Source: a candidate division WOR-3 bacterium
Lineage (GTDB): Bacteria; Hydrothermota; UBA3073
Assembly: GCA_034722095.1 (NCBI GenBank)
Contig: JAYENM010000344.1
Location: forward strand, 1 to 32,748
Length of the DNA: 32,748 nucleotides
Direction of reading: 5' to 3'
Below the pieces are notes generated by a model. The model was not told the origin of the DNA. It saw only the letters and a list, made by a program, of their open reading frames with translations, and searched no databases. The translations under genes were made by a program, and so were the position numbers. Below, piece by piece: positions 9,876 to 18,071 of this stretch; the stretch's first letter is position 1, and each line of letters opens with the position of its first letter.

Positions 9876-10093
9876 CTGTTTCTCTTCCATTCTCTTAGCA
9901 TCACTGTTTAAAAAATAAATTAACAGGGATTGCCTGCCTGACGGCAGGCAGGTATGAGAACATAAGAGAAAAAGAGATAAAAAACAAAGAAAAATAATCT
10001 CTTTCCGTCTCTTCAAATCCCTGTTGAAAAAATAACAGGAAGGGAGAAGAGAGCCCTGTAAAAGTCATAACAGTAACTGAAAAAGGAAGGATT

Positions 10094-10567
10094 ATGTCTA
10101 TGAGCAAACGGTATATAGCACTTGGGCTTGTTTTAGTTATGGCTTTACTGTCCCTGAGTTGTGCGCCCGGAAATGAACGCTGGGATCAAGAGATCAATCC
10201 TGAACAAAAGGCAGGGTTCTGGGCAGGAGTATGGCATGGGTTAATTATTGTTATTACCTTTATTGTAAGCCTGTTTACTAAAGAAGTTGGTCTGTATGAA
10301 ATTAACAATACGGGCTGGCCTTACAACTTGGGGTTCATAATCGGGCTGTTCTCATCAGTAGGCGGTGGCATTCGTATCGGGAGAAAGAGGCGAAAACGCA
10401 GAAAATATGATTGGGATGAGATTGGTGATATGATTGAGGAAAGAGTGCATAAGGGAGTTGAAGCCTGGTTAGACGAAACCGAAAAAGAAAAGGAATGGCA
10501 GGAAATAGCCAAAAAGATTGAGGAAAAGATTAAAAAGAACCTGAAAGAATGGGCTGAAAAAGAATAA
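10094..10567 (+). CDS. Membrane lipoprotein of unknown function
   Basis: Lipobox SLSC, AGFWAGVWHG and YNLGF membrane segments, charged C-terminal helix; RBS AAGGA. Confidence 0.8.
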   Translation: MSMSKRYIALGLVLVMALLSLSCAPGNERWDQEINPEQKAGFWAGVWHGLIIVITFIVSLFTKEVGLYEINNTGWPYNLGFIIGLFSSVGGGIRIGRKRRKRRKYDWDEIGDMIEERVHKGVEAWLDETEKEKEWQEIAKKIEEKIKKNLKEWAEKE

Positions 10568-10660
10568 AAAGGTGGTCATTTGAGCATCGCGCCGAGCTTG
10601 AAGCCCTTTTTGACCTCGAAGTAAGGGGAATGCACAAAATATTATACAAGGAGGTGTAAG

Positions 10661-11524
10661 ATGCAACAGTATTATAGAGGGGAAAAACGGGTCACACTCA
10701 TTGTCACAGGATGTGTGATAGGCTTGTTGCTGATTATCTTTCTTTCTCGTGCCATAAAGGTTGTATCACCAGGTTTTGTAGGCATAAGGGTTCTTTTTGG
10801 CAAGGTAGTTGAGCCAACCTTAAAGGAGGGCTTGCACTTTGTTAATCCGCTTGCATCAGTTATCAGAGTGGATACAAGGACACAGGCATATACGATGAGT
10901 GGAATGGTAAGAGAGGGAAGAGTCCGCGGCGATGATGCCATATCTGCTTTGACAAAGGAAGGGTTAAGGGTAAAACTCGACCTCACTATTTGGTACAGGG
11001 TAGATCCAGAGAAGGCAGGTGAGATTTACAGGACAATAGGCATGGGTTACGAAGATAAGATAGTGCGACCTGGTGTGCGTACAGTGATCAGGGATATTAC
11101 CTCTCGATTTACTACTGAGGATATATACGCTGAGAAGAGACCACAGGTTACAGCAGCTATTCAGAGTGTAGCAAAGGAGATGCTTGAAGATAGAGGTATG
11201 ATATGTGAGAAGGTACTCGTAAGGAATGTGGCTTTACCAGAGAAGGTGAGAGATGCAATAGACTTAAAGCTGGCCGCTGAACAGGATGCACTTAAGATGG
11301 AATTTGTGCTTAAGAAGGCTGAGAAGCAAGCGGAGGTTAAGGTAGTAGAGGCAAAAGGTATTGCACAGGCACAGCGGATAATAAATAGAACACTGACGGT
11401 GAAGTATCTTCAACATGAGGCGATAGAAGCTTATAAAGCACTTGCTGGGTCACCGAACACAACATTTATCATCATGCCCACGAGTCCAGAAGGAGCAGGC
11501 ATTCCGCTGATAATTGGTAAATAG
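10661..11524 (+). CDS. SPFH/prohibitin family membrane protein
   Basis: N-terminal TM helix, GFVGIRVLFGKV, EGLHFVNP, LTKEGL, VLVRNVALP, VEAKGIAQAQRII; RBS AGGAGG. Confidence 0.93.
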   Translation: MQQYYRGEKRVTLIVTGCVIGLLLIIFLSRAIKVVSPGFVGIRVLFGKVVEPTLKEGLHFVNPLASVIRVDTRTQAYTMSGMVREGRVRGDDAISALTKEGLRVKLDLTIWYRVDPEKAGEIYRTIGMGYEDKIVRPGVRTVIRDITSRFTTEDIYAEKRPQVTAAIQSVAKEMLEDRGMICEKVLVRNVALPEKVRDAIDLKLAAEQDALKMEFVLKKAEKQAEVKVVEAKGIAQAQRIINRTLTVKYLQHEAIEAYKALAGSPNTTFIIMPTSPEGAGIPLIIGK

Positions 11525-11530
11525 AATAGA

Positions 11531-11675
11531 GTGAAATATTGTGGGTGTCCTGTATGTAATGTTGGTTGGCTGTGAGAAAATGCCGAAAGATATCAAGCAC
11601 CCAATTGCTATCCTCAAAGACGACCGAAAAGTTCTCTTAGAGGATAACGGAACTTGGGAATGTATAGTGAGGGAT
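11531..11675 (+). pseudogene. Remnant of a small lipoprotein gene, frameshifted at its start and cut by the TIR element at 11676
   Basis: Frame reads IVGVLYVMLVGC-EKMPK..DDRKVLLEDNGTWEC (lipobox LVGC); GTG at 11531 is out of frame. Confidence 0.4.
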
Positions 11676-11815
11676 GGGGTCAGGCTCAATTATTTGACTT
11701 TTTCGCAAGACTAAAACACCGTTTTATGATGGGACAGAATCATGGCGAGGAAACCGAGAATCGAATTCCCCGGTGGTCTTTATAGAAACTTATGCAAATA
11801 GTTGAGCCTGACCCC
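11676..11815 (+). mobile_element. 140-bp non-autonomous deletion derivative of a Y1 (IS200/RAYT-like) transposase element, with 21-bp terminal inverted repeats
   Basis: GGGGTCAGGCTCAATTATTTG 11676-11696 versus CAAATAGTTGAGCCTGACCCC 11795-11815 (20/21 match); internal mini-ORF 11742-11801 MARKPRIEFPGGLYRNLCK* resembling the N-terminus of Y1_Tnp proteins. Confidence 0.8.
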
Positions 11816-12057
11816 GAGAGTTTCCCATGGAAAAGAACTCCTTGAGATACTCTATAAAGAGGCCTATCGTACCACACGTCCCCAGCGGGGTGGCGTATAA
11901 CACACATTTACCTGTCGCCTGCCCCGCCTTGGCGGGGGCAGACAGGTTAAAGCGATTTGTAAAGAAAAAATCTCTTCATTAGCGGGTTTTCTTCTGTCAG
12001 GTTGCAAAGCAAAATGGGATTAAAAATTCCAGATTTCAGTCTGACCTCCATCTTTTT

Positions 12058-12398
12058 CAGACTATCAGTATTGAGAATGCCTATATAAGGCAGATCGAAG
12101 AGAACAACAAAAATATAGTCGAGGTGTCGGCGAGAAACTTCTCGCTTATCGACCCAGAAGATGTAGAGGTTTTTGGTCGTTTTATCATTAACTACACACG
12201 CCGTAAAACGAAGTGGGACGAGCAGTATCGCCTGAAAACACCGCCAGGGATATACCGCGAAACGGTGATGTTTCCATCATGGGAGCAGAGTTTATGGAAA
12301 GGGTTAAGGATAAGTTTCTGGCAAAGAGAAAAGAACTGGATGTATTAAACAGAGCTAAGCCCCCCCTGCCTAAGTCGGCTGTGGCGCCGCACCAATAA
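12058..12398 (+). pseudogene. Frameshifted 3' fragment of an unknown gene
   Basis: Two overlapping frames join into one protein-like sequence (..IEENNKNIVEV..IDPEDVEVFGRFII..PPGIYRE / NGDVSIMGAEFMERVKDKFLAKRKEL); no convincing start or RBS. Confidence 0.4.
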
Positions 12399-12504
12399 AT
12401 AGGACAGATTAAAGGCGAATTACCAAAAAAATTCTTTATTAACAGAAGTATACCTCTGCCTGTCTAACTACCGTAGGTAGGTGGTATGTAAAGGGGGATT
12501 AAAT

Positions 12505-13827
12505 ATGAAATGTCTTATCATTGCCGCTGGTAAAGGAAGCAGATTATCAAAAAGAGGCGATTCAAAGCCCCTTATTCCACTTCTGGGATTATCCCTTATC
12601 GAACGGGTGATATTGACTGCAAAGAAGAGTGGTCTTACTGATTTCTATGTAGTAACAGGATACAACGGTGAGAAGGTAAGGCAATATCTTAACAGATTTA
12701 GCCAGAGCAAAAATATAAATATAACCCATATCACAAATGAAGAATGGGAAAAGGGAAACGGCATATCTGTCCTTAAGGCAAAAAAACTATTAAATGAGAA
12801 TTTTATTCTATTGATGGGGGATCATATCTTTGACGAATCGATACTGGTAAAACTAAAGAATGAAAGAATAGCTGATGGCGAAAGTATGCCGGCCGTAGAT
12901 TATAACATTAAAACCAATAAACTTGTTGATGTTAATGGAGTTACCAAAGTTCTTGTCGAAGACAACAGGATTCTCAATATAGGAAAGAATATCAAGAAAT
13001 ATAACGCTTATGATACAGGAATTTTTCTTTGTTCCCCGGCAATATTCAGCGCCATTGAAGAAAGTATACATAATGGCGATAGCTCCCTTTCAGGGGGGAT
13101 AAGGATTCTGGCCAGCAAGGGAAAGGCTAAAACCTTTGATATTAAAGATGGTTACTGGATTGATGTGGATGATGAGAAGACATTTAAAAAAGCGGAAAAA
13201 AAGCTTTTAGATACTTTAAAAAAGACCTCCGATGGTACTATATCAAGATACTTAAACAGACCAATATCAACCAGGATTACAAGGCGCCTTTTAAGAACAA
13301 ATATTACCCCAAATCATATTTCGGTCTTCTCTTTTATCCTTGCTATACTGGGTTCCTTGTTTTTCTTTTTAGGGGGGTATATTAATTTAGTAATCGGAGG
13401 TATACTGGCACAAGTATCATCCGTGATTGATGGTTGTGATGGGGAGATAGCAAGGTTGAAATTCCAGATTACAGAATTTGGTGGATGGTTTGATGCTGTC
13501 TTAGACCGCTATGCTGATGCTTTTCTTCTTCTTGGTTTGACTTATTATGTTTATTTTACAAATACGAATTTTCTTGCCCTCTTCATTGGTTTTCTGGCAA
13601 TCATAGGCACTTTCATGAATAGTTATACAGCCGACAAATATGACGGTTTAATGAAAAGAAAACTTGGACCAGGAAAGTACTATTTTGGAATGGGGCGTGA
13701 TGTTAGAATGTTTATCATATTTCTTGGGGCTGTCCTTAATCAGCCTCTTTTAACCCTTGTTTTAATTGCTCTTTTGACGAATGCAGAAAATATCAGGAGG
13801 ATAGTGGTTCTGTATAAAAATGGATAA
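12505..13827 (+). CDS. Bifunctional inositol-1-phosphate cytidylyltransferase / CDP-alcohol phosphotransferase (IPCT/DIPPS-like)
   Basis: IIAAGKGSRL..KPL, GNGISV, LLMGDH, DTGIF, WIDVDD NTP-transferase domain; ITPN and DGCDGEIAR..GGWFDAVLD CDP-OH motif; ATG 12505 follows RBS AGGGGGA. Confidence 0.88.
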   Translation: MKCLIIAAGKGSRLSKRGDSKPLIPLLGLSLIERVILTAKKSGLTDFYVVTGYNGEKVRQYLNRFSQSKNINITHITNEEWEKGNGISVLKAKKLLNENFILLMGDHIFDESILVKLKNERIADGESMPAVDYNIKTNKLVDVNGVTKVLVEDNRILNIGKNIKKYNAYDTGIFLCSPAIFSAIEESIHNGDSSLSGGIRILASKGKAKTFDIKDGYWIDVDDEKTFKKAEKKLLDTLKKTSDGTISRYLNRPISTRITRRLLRTNITPNHISVFSFILAILGSLFFFLGGYINLVIGGILAQVSSVIDGCDGEIARLKFQITEFGGWFDAVLDRYADAFLLLGLTYYVYFTNTNFLALFIGFLAIIGTFMNSYTADKYDGLMKRKLGPGKYYFGMGRDVRMFIIFLGAVLNQPLLTLVLIALLTNAENIRRIVVLYKNG

Positions 13828-14389
13828 TATTGATTGTGTAAAAAAGAAGATTGAGGAGATTATTAAAAAATCTCCAGTTCCTGAAGACCCAATCCACTCG
13901 AAAAATACTTTGGAGTGGCTGCTTAAATTAAAGCCTGATGCTGATGAGACCTTTAAAATAGCAGCTTTAGGTCATGATATAGAAAGGGCTATTGAGGAAC
14001 GGAAAGTAAGGCGCAAGGATTACAAAAGTTACGATGAGTTTAAAGATGCCCATGCCTTAAACAGTGCTAAGATCCTGGCAGAAATAATGAAGGAGTGTAA
14101 TACAAGTAAAGAATTAGTCGATGATGTCTTTTTTCTGGTGCGCCATCACGAAACAAGAGGCACAAGACGTGCCAATGTTTTAAGAAATGCTGACACCATC
14201 TCATTTTTTCATGTAAACCTGCCCAACTATTTCATCCGAAATGGTATTGAAGAGACGAGAAGGAGATTCTTATGGGGGTACAAGAAGTTATCTGATAACC
14301 TGAAAAGGGTAGTGGCCGAGTTCGATTACCAAGATAAAGAACTTGAGTCCCTGGTGAGGGTTTGGGAAAAACCATCCTTCCTTTTGTGA
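13820..14389 (+). CDS. HD-superfamily protein (DUF4202-like)
   Basis: HSKNT..KIAALGHDIER..HALNSA..HHE..NADTISFF; overlaps upstream gene by 8 nt. Confidence 0.8.
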   Translation: MDNIDCVKKKIEEIIKKSPVPEDPIHSKNTLEWLLKLKPDADETFKIAALGHDIERAIEERKVRRKDYKSYDEFKDAHALNSAKILAEIMKECNTSKELVDDVFFLVRHHETRGTRRANVLRNADTISFFHVNLPNYFIRNGIEETRRRFLWGYKKLSDNLKRVVAEFDYQDKELESLVRVWEKPSFLL

Positions 14390-14577
14390 TAATCTCCCCT
14401 TATAGGTTCCTCCTGCATTCGGCTTTTCGACGTTCGCTCTCTACTCGCTACTGCCTACTATTTCCTTTATCTCTTCGACCTAATGTCTTATATCCAAATT
14501 GGGGGTTCTTCAAATTCTCATATCTGAAGGTCACAGACTCGTATGAGATCCGTATGGATTTGTGTGCATTCGATTGA

Positions 14578-14637
14578 CCTGCCCCGCACCTATGCATACC
14601 CTCGCACCTATTGGGTGCGGGGCATAGGTGCGGGGTG
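14578..14637. repeat. Nested palindrome
   Basis: CCCCGCACCTATGC 14582-14595 / GCATAGGTGCGGGG 14622-14635 enclosing a related CGCACCTATTGGGTGCG hairpin. Confidence 0.8.
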
Positions 14638-14839
14638 AATGTAATTCGTGGTGTCTTTTTTCTTGATCGCGTAGGAAAGCTTCCTATAAGAATGTCAAGT
14701 TATTTTTTCAAAAAGATGTTTGCAAATTGGTAACCCGTTGTATTGCCGATAGTTACAAATATTGCTCTTTGAAAAGTATGTAGTTTACCTATCCTCTGAG
14801 TGTTAACTTCTTGCAACACAGAGAGTTAGAACTGCGATG

Positions 14840-15101
14840 GTGTGGTAACCTCACCAGGGGTCCTGGCTCTTCAGGATAACCTCTCTGGCCCGCGGCCTAA
14901 ACTGGCAGTTATATAAGATATCCAGTCCGTGCGGATCCGTATGGAGCTGTACGAATTCGCACAGGGAAGTCCTGGTTCTTAACTTCCTTCATTCTGGCTT
15001 CGCGGGCGGTGAGGGAATGGAGTCTTTCCTGCGGGATTATCCCTCTTTAACGGGATTCCTAATGTATAAACCCTGAATCCCTCACCACCACAGTTTATGT
15101 T
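14840..15101 (-). ncRNA. Candidate bridge/seek RNA in the 3' non-coding end of the IS110 element
   Basis: GC-richer ORF-free region after the recombinase stop; minus-strand stem GGTGAGGGA..TCCCTCACC with internal loop and inner ATCCC/GGGAT hairpin; two further hairpins sharing AAGA(A/G)CCAGGAC. Confidence 0.55.
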
Positions 15102-16472
15102 TTATGTTAAAGAACTATTGATATACCAATTAGCCGTTTTATACCTTACTTGCAGTTTGCTGTCGTAGTCTCCATCGTATGGAATTTCTTCTGTAAGCAT
15201 CCTGAAGATTATGCGTAGTAATTTACATGCAACAGCGATCAAGGCTTTCTTCTTTTTCTTCTTCTTTTCTGGTTGGTTTGTGATAATTCGAAGATAGAAC
15301 TTCCTGATGGGGCTACCCCTTCGGATTGCACGGACAGCTGCTTGATACATTATGATTCGGAGTAATTTTCTACCGCGCTTTGTGATGTGTTTGAGGGTAT
15401 GGACACTCGTACCAGATTCCTCACTCCAGAGGTCTAAACCGGCGAGTTTTATAAGCTGTCTGCCGCTCGTGAAGTGCTGTATATCACCTATCTCTGCTAT
15501 AATACTTGCTGCCGTGATTGGTCCAACACCGGGTAGGGTGAGAAGAAGTCTGTAGTCTCTTAGATCTTTGACAATTTTATGCACCCTTTCATTGACTTGG
15601 GCGATTCTACTGTAAAGAATCCCCAGGTCTTGCAAGAGCGTACTGATTTCGAATAGCACAGCCTCATCTTCGCCGACGATACCAACGGAGTTCTTTGCCA
15701 TGTCATATATCTCTTCCAGCCTTTTATGACTGAAATGGGGATTCGATTTAGCCACATTCTTCACGAATTGATCTTTTGGAATATGGGTTATCATAGAGGG
15801 GAGAGGGTATTTTTCCAGGATTATGAGCATGGTCTTCGCCTCTATATCGTAGAAGTACTTCTCGAGTTCTGGGAAGACATACCCAACGACATTCCTGAGT
15901 CTATTCCTGAGTGTTGATTTTGCGTTTATGGAGCGGAAGTAGAGTTGCATAAAACGGTGAAGTTGGGCTACCGTTTTATCCCTTTGAACGGGAAAATAGA
16001 ACTTCCCTTGCATTATGAGATCAGCTATATTACGGGTGTCCTTTGGGTCAGATTTATCCTTTGAGACATTCATGGTTTCTCTGTTGCGATTGACAGCAAG
16101 GGGACTCACGGTAACTGTGAACTCTCCTCGTAGAGTGAGAAACTGATAAAGATGTTTCCAGTATTGCCCGGATGGTTCCATACCGAAGATGATGTCCCTG
16201 CAATGGTTTCTATTTTTATAGAATCCTGCTTTATTTAGAAACCATTCAAATCCTTTGGCAGTATTTGGAAAGAAGTACTTTCCTGCAAGGACTTTGCCGT
16301 TAGAGATCATGAAGCAAGCACAGTTTCTGAATTTACCGATATCTACAGCGACTATCAAAATATCTGTAGATGCACGCACTCTATCCTTGAGTGCCTCGAG
16401 GACACTTTTGACACCCTTTAATGGTTCAAAGGTATCCCTCGCTTCCGGTAATGGGTACTGTTTCTTTACCAT
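15102..16472 (-). CDS. IS110-family DEDD recombinase/transposase
   Basis: VAVDIGK, GMEPSGQYW, KSDPKD (DEDD); LLTLPGVGPITAASIIAEIGD, SEESG, ITKRGRKLLR, ALIAVACKL; ATG 16472 lies 5 nt after AGGAGG. Confidence 0.96.
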   Translation of the reverse strand: MVKKQYPLPEARDTFEPLKGVKSVLEALKDRVRASTDILIVAVDIGKFRNCACFMISNGKVLAGKYFFPNTAKGFEWFLNKAGFYKNRNHCRDIIFGMEPSGQYWKHLYQFLTLRGEFTVTVSPLAVNRNRETMNVSKDKSDPKDTRNIADLIMQGKFYFPVQRDKTVAQLHRFMQLYFRSINAKSTLRNRLRNVVGYVFPELEKYFYDIEAKTMLIILEKYPLPSMITHIPKDQFVKNVAKSNPHFSHKRLEEIYDMAKNSVGIVGEDEAVLFEISTLLQDLGILYSRIAQVNERVHKIVKDLRDYRLLLTLPGVGPITAASIIAEIGDIQHFTSGRQLIKLAGLDLWSEESGTSVHTLKHITKRGRKLLRIIMYQAAVRAIRRGSPIRKFYLRIITNQPEKKKKKKKALIAVACKLLRIIFRMLTEEIPYDGDYDSKLQVRYKTANWYINSSLT

Positions 16473-16507
16473 GGCCACCTCCTGTTATTAAGGGTTATTG
16501 TTTTTTT

Positions 16508-16536
16508 ATCTTACAGGAGGTTGGCCATAATGTCAA
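16508..16536 (-). promoter_or_regulatory. Sigma70-type promoter of the IS110 gene
   Basis: Minus strand TTGACA (16536-16531), 17 nt, TAAGAT (16513-16508). Confidence 0.7.
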
Positions 16537-16725
16537 GAAAATTATTTTGAGTTATTATACCAGTATATGCTAAGTCATTGGTATACTTGATATAGGGACA
16601 ATTATTGAAATAAGTTCTTTCATTTTGTAAGGAGAAAGGGAGAAAGTATGAAAAGGGGAATTAACATTTTTATTTCTTTTTCTCCATCTCCTTCTTTCCC
16701 CATTTCTCCTTTTGTATTTTTTTTC

Positions 16726-16754
16726 TTGACAAAGTAAGAATTCGGAAGTATAAT
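16726..16754 (+). promoter_or_regulatory. Consensus sigma70 promoter for the serpin gene
   Basis: TTGACA 16726-16731, 17 nt, TATAAT 16749-16754. Confidence 0.85.
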
Positions 16755-16850
16755 ATTTAGTAGAGAGGATCGTTGTAGATATATCACCCATAGTTAACCT
16801 TGATGTGTCATATATAGAGATTTATATCAGAAGTACTGAGGAGGTGTATT

Positions 16851-18071
16851 ATGTATAAAATATTAAATTTTACCCTTGTGCTCTTACTTTGCATTGGACT
16901 TATGCAATGCGCAGAGACTCCTATCTCACCGATTTCGCGTGAACTTACACTCGCCGAAAAACAATTGGTCAAGTCAGATAACAAATTCGGGTTCAAGCTT
17001 TTCAAGGAGATTATTAAAGAAGAAAAGGATAAGAATGTCTTTATCTCTCCATTGAGTGTTTCCATGGCATTGGGAATGACCTACAACGGCGCTAATGGAA
17101 GTACGCAAGAGGCGATGCAAAAAACCCTTGAACTTTCTGGTTTGACGATTCAAGAAGTCAATGAGTCCTATAAAAGCTTGATAGAGTTATTAACAGGGCT
17201 TGACCCGAAGGTTCAGTTTCAGATTGCAAATTCAATCTGGTACCGTCAGGAGTACTCTTTTGAAGAGGAATTCATCAATCTATGTAAGACATATTTCAAT
17301 GCTTTGGTGCGGGGGTTGGATTTTAACGACCCGAATGCTGCAGATACAATAAATGGATGGGTTGAAGAAAACACCAATGGAAGAATCAAAGAGATCGTTG
17401 ACAAGCCCATTAATCCTTTGACGGTGATGTTTCTCATTAATGCCATATATTTTAAAGGCACCTGGACTTATGAGTTTGATGAAGAACTAACAAAGGATGA
17501 TTGGTTTTACTTGCCTGACGGTTCAAGAAAGCCTTGCAAGATGATGGAGCAGAGAAGTGAATACAATTATTTCTCAAATCCAGATTTTCAGGCCATTGAT
17601 TTACCCTACGGTGATGGTGATTTCAGCATGACGATTTTTCTTCCGCGCCCGCAAAAGAACGTCGATTCCCTGATTGCAGAATTTAACGAGGAGAATTGGG
17701 ACAATTGGATAAACAGTTTCTCAAAGGATTCAGGAGATATCTATATCCCAAAGTTTACACTCGAATATGGAATAAAATTAAACGATGTTTTGAAGGCATT
17801 AGGAATGGGAATAGCTTTCGATCCTTATTGGGCTGACTTTACCAGGATGTATAAACCCGGGGGTATATGGATTGACAAGGTAAAGCACAAAACATTTGTT
17901 AAGGTAAATGAAGAAGGCACTGAGGCAGCGGCAGTTACTTCTGTTGAGATGATACTGGGAGCTGGCTTTGGCTTTTATATGCGAGTGGATCGACCATTTG
18001 TATTTGTGATTCGAGAAAATAAGTCTCAGACGATACTCTTTATGGGGAAAATTGTGGAACCGACCCTATAA
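16851..18071 (+). CDS. Serpin (serine protease inhibitor), probable lipoprotein
   Basis: NVFISPLSVSMALGM, NSIWY, INGWVEENTNGRI, LINAIYFKGTW, hinge NEEGTEAAAVT, VDRPFVFVIRE, ILFMGKI; signal with LMQC; RBS GAGGAGG. Confidence 0.96.
   Translation: MYKILNFTLVLLLCIGLMQCAETPISPISRELTLAEKQLVKSDNKFGFKLFKEIIKEEKDKNVFISPLSVSMALGMTYNGANGSTQEAMQKTLELSGLTIQEVNESYKSLIELLTGLDPKVQFQIANSIWYRQEYSFEEEFINLCKTYFNALVRGLDFNDPNAADTINGWVEENTNGRIKEIVDKPINPLTVMFLINAIYFKGTWTYEFDEELTKDDWFYLPDGSRKPCKMMEQRSEYNYFSNPDFQAIDLPYGDGDFSMTIFLPRPQKNVDSLIAEFNEENWDNWINSFSKDSGDIYIPKFTLEYGIKLNDVLKALGMGIAFDPYWADFTRMYKPGGIWIDKVKHKTFVKVNEEGTEAAAVTSVEMILGAGFGFYMRVDRPFVFVIRENKSQTILFMGKIVEPTL

Larger units (their letters stand above)
9693..9952. 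repeat. Inverted-repeat-bounded cassette (~45-nt imperfect arms)
   Basis: Left arm CAGGCAGGCAAATCCCTGTTAGATTTTATTTTTT, right arm AAAAAATAAATTAACAGGGATTGCCTGCCTG. Confidence 0.7.
14840..16540 (-). mobile_element. IS110-family element (ends approximate)
   Basis: Recombinase gene with own promoter, short upstream end and long structured downstream end; no TIR or TSD identified. Confidence 0.75.

Noticed and set aside
9365-10107. Intergenic ORFs 9365-9568, 9467-9658, 9750-10016, 9901-10107
   Set aside because: They are translations of REP, palindrome and low-complexity DNA.
12124-12398. Two separate small genes, or a transposase C-terminus
   Set aside because: The frames read better as one frameshifted fragment; the resemblance of GAEFMERVK to transposase tails is too short to support.
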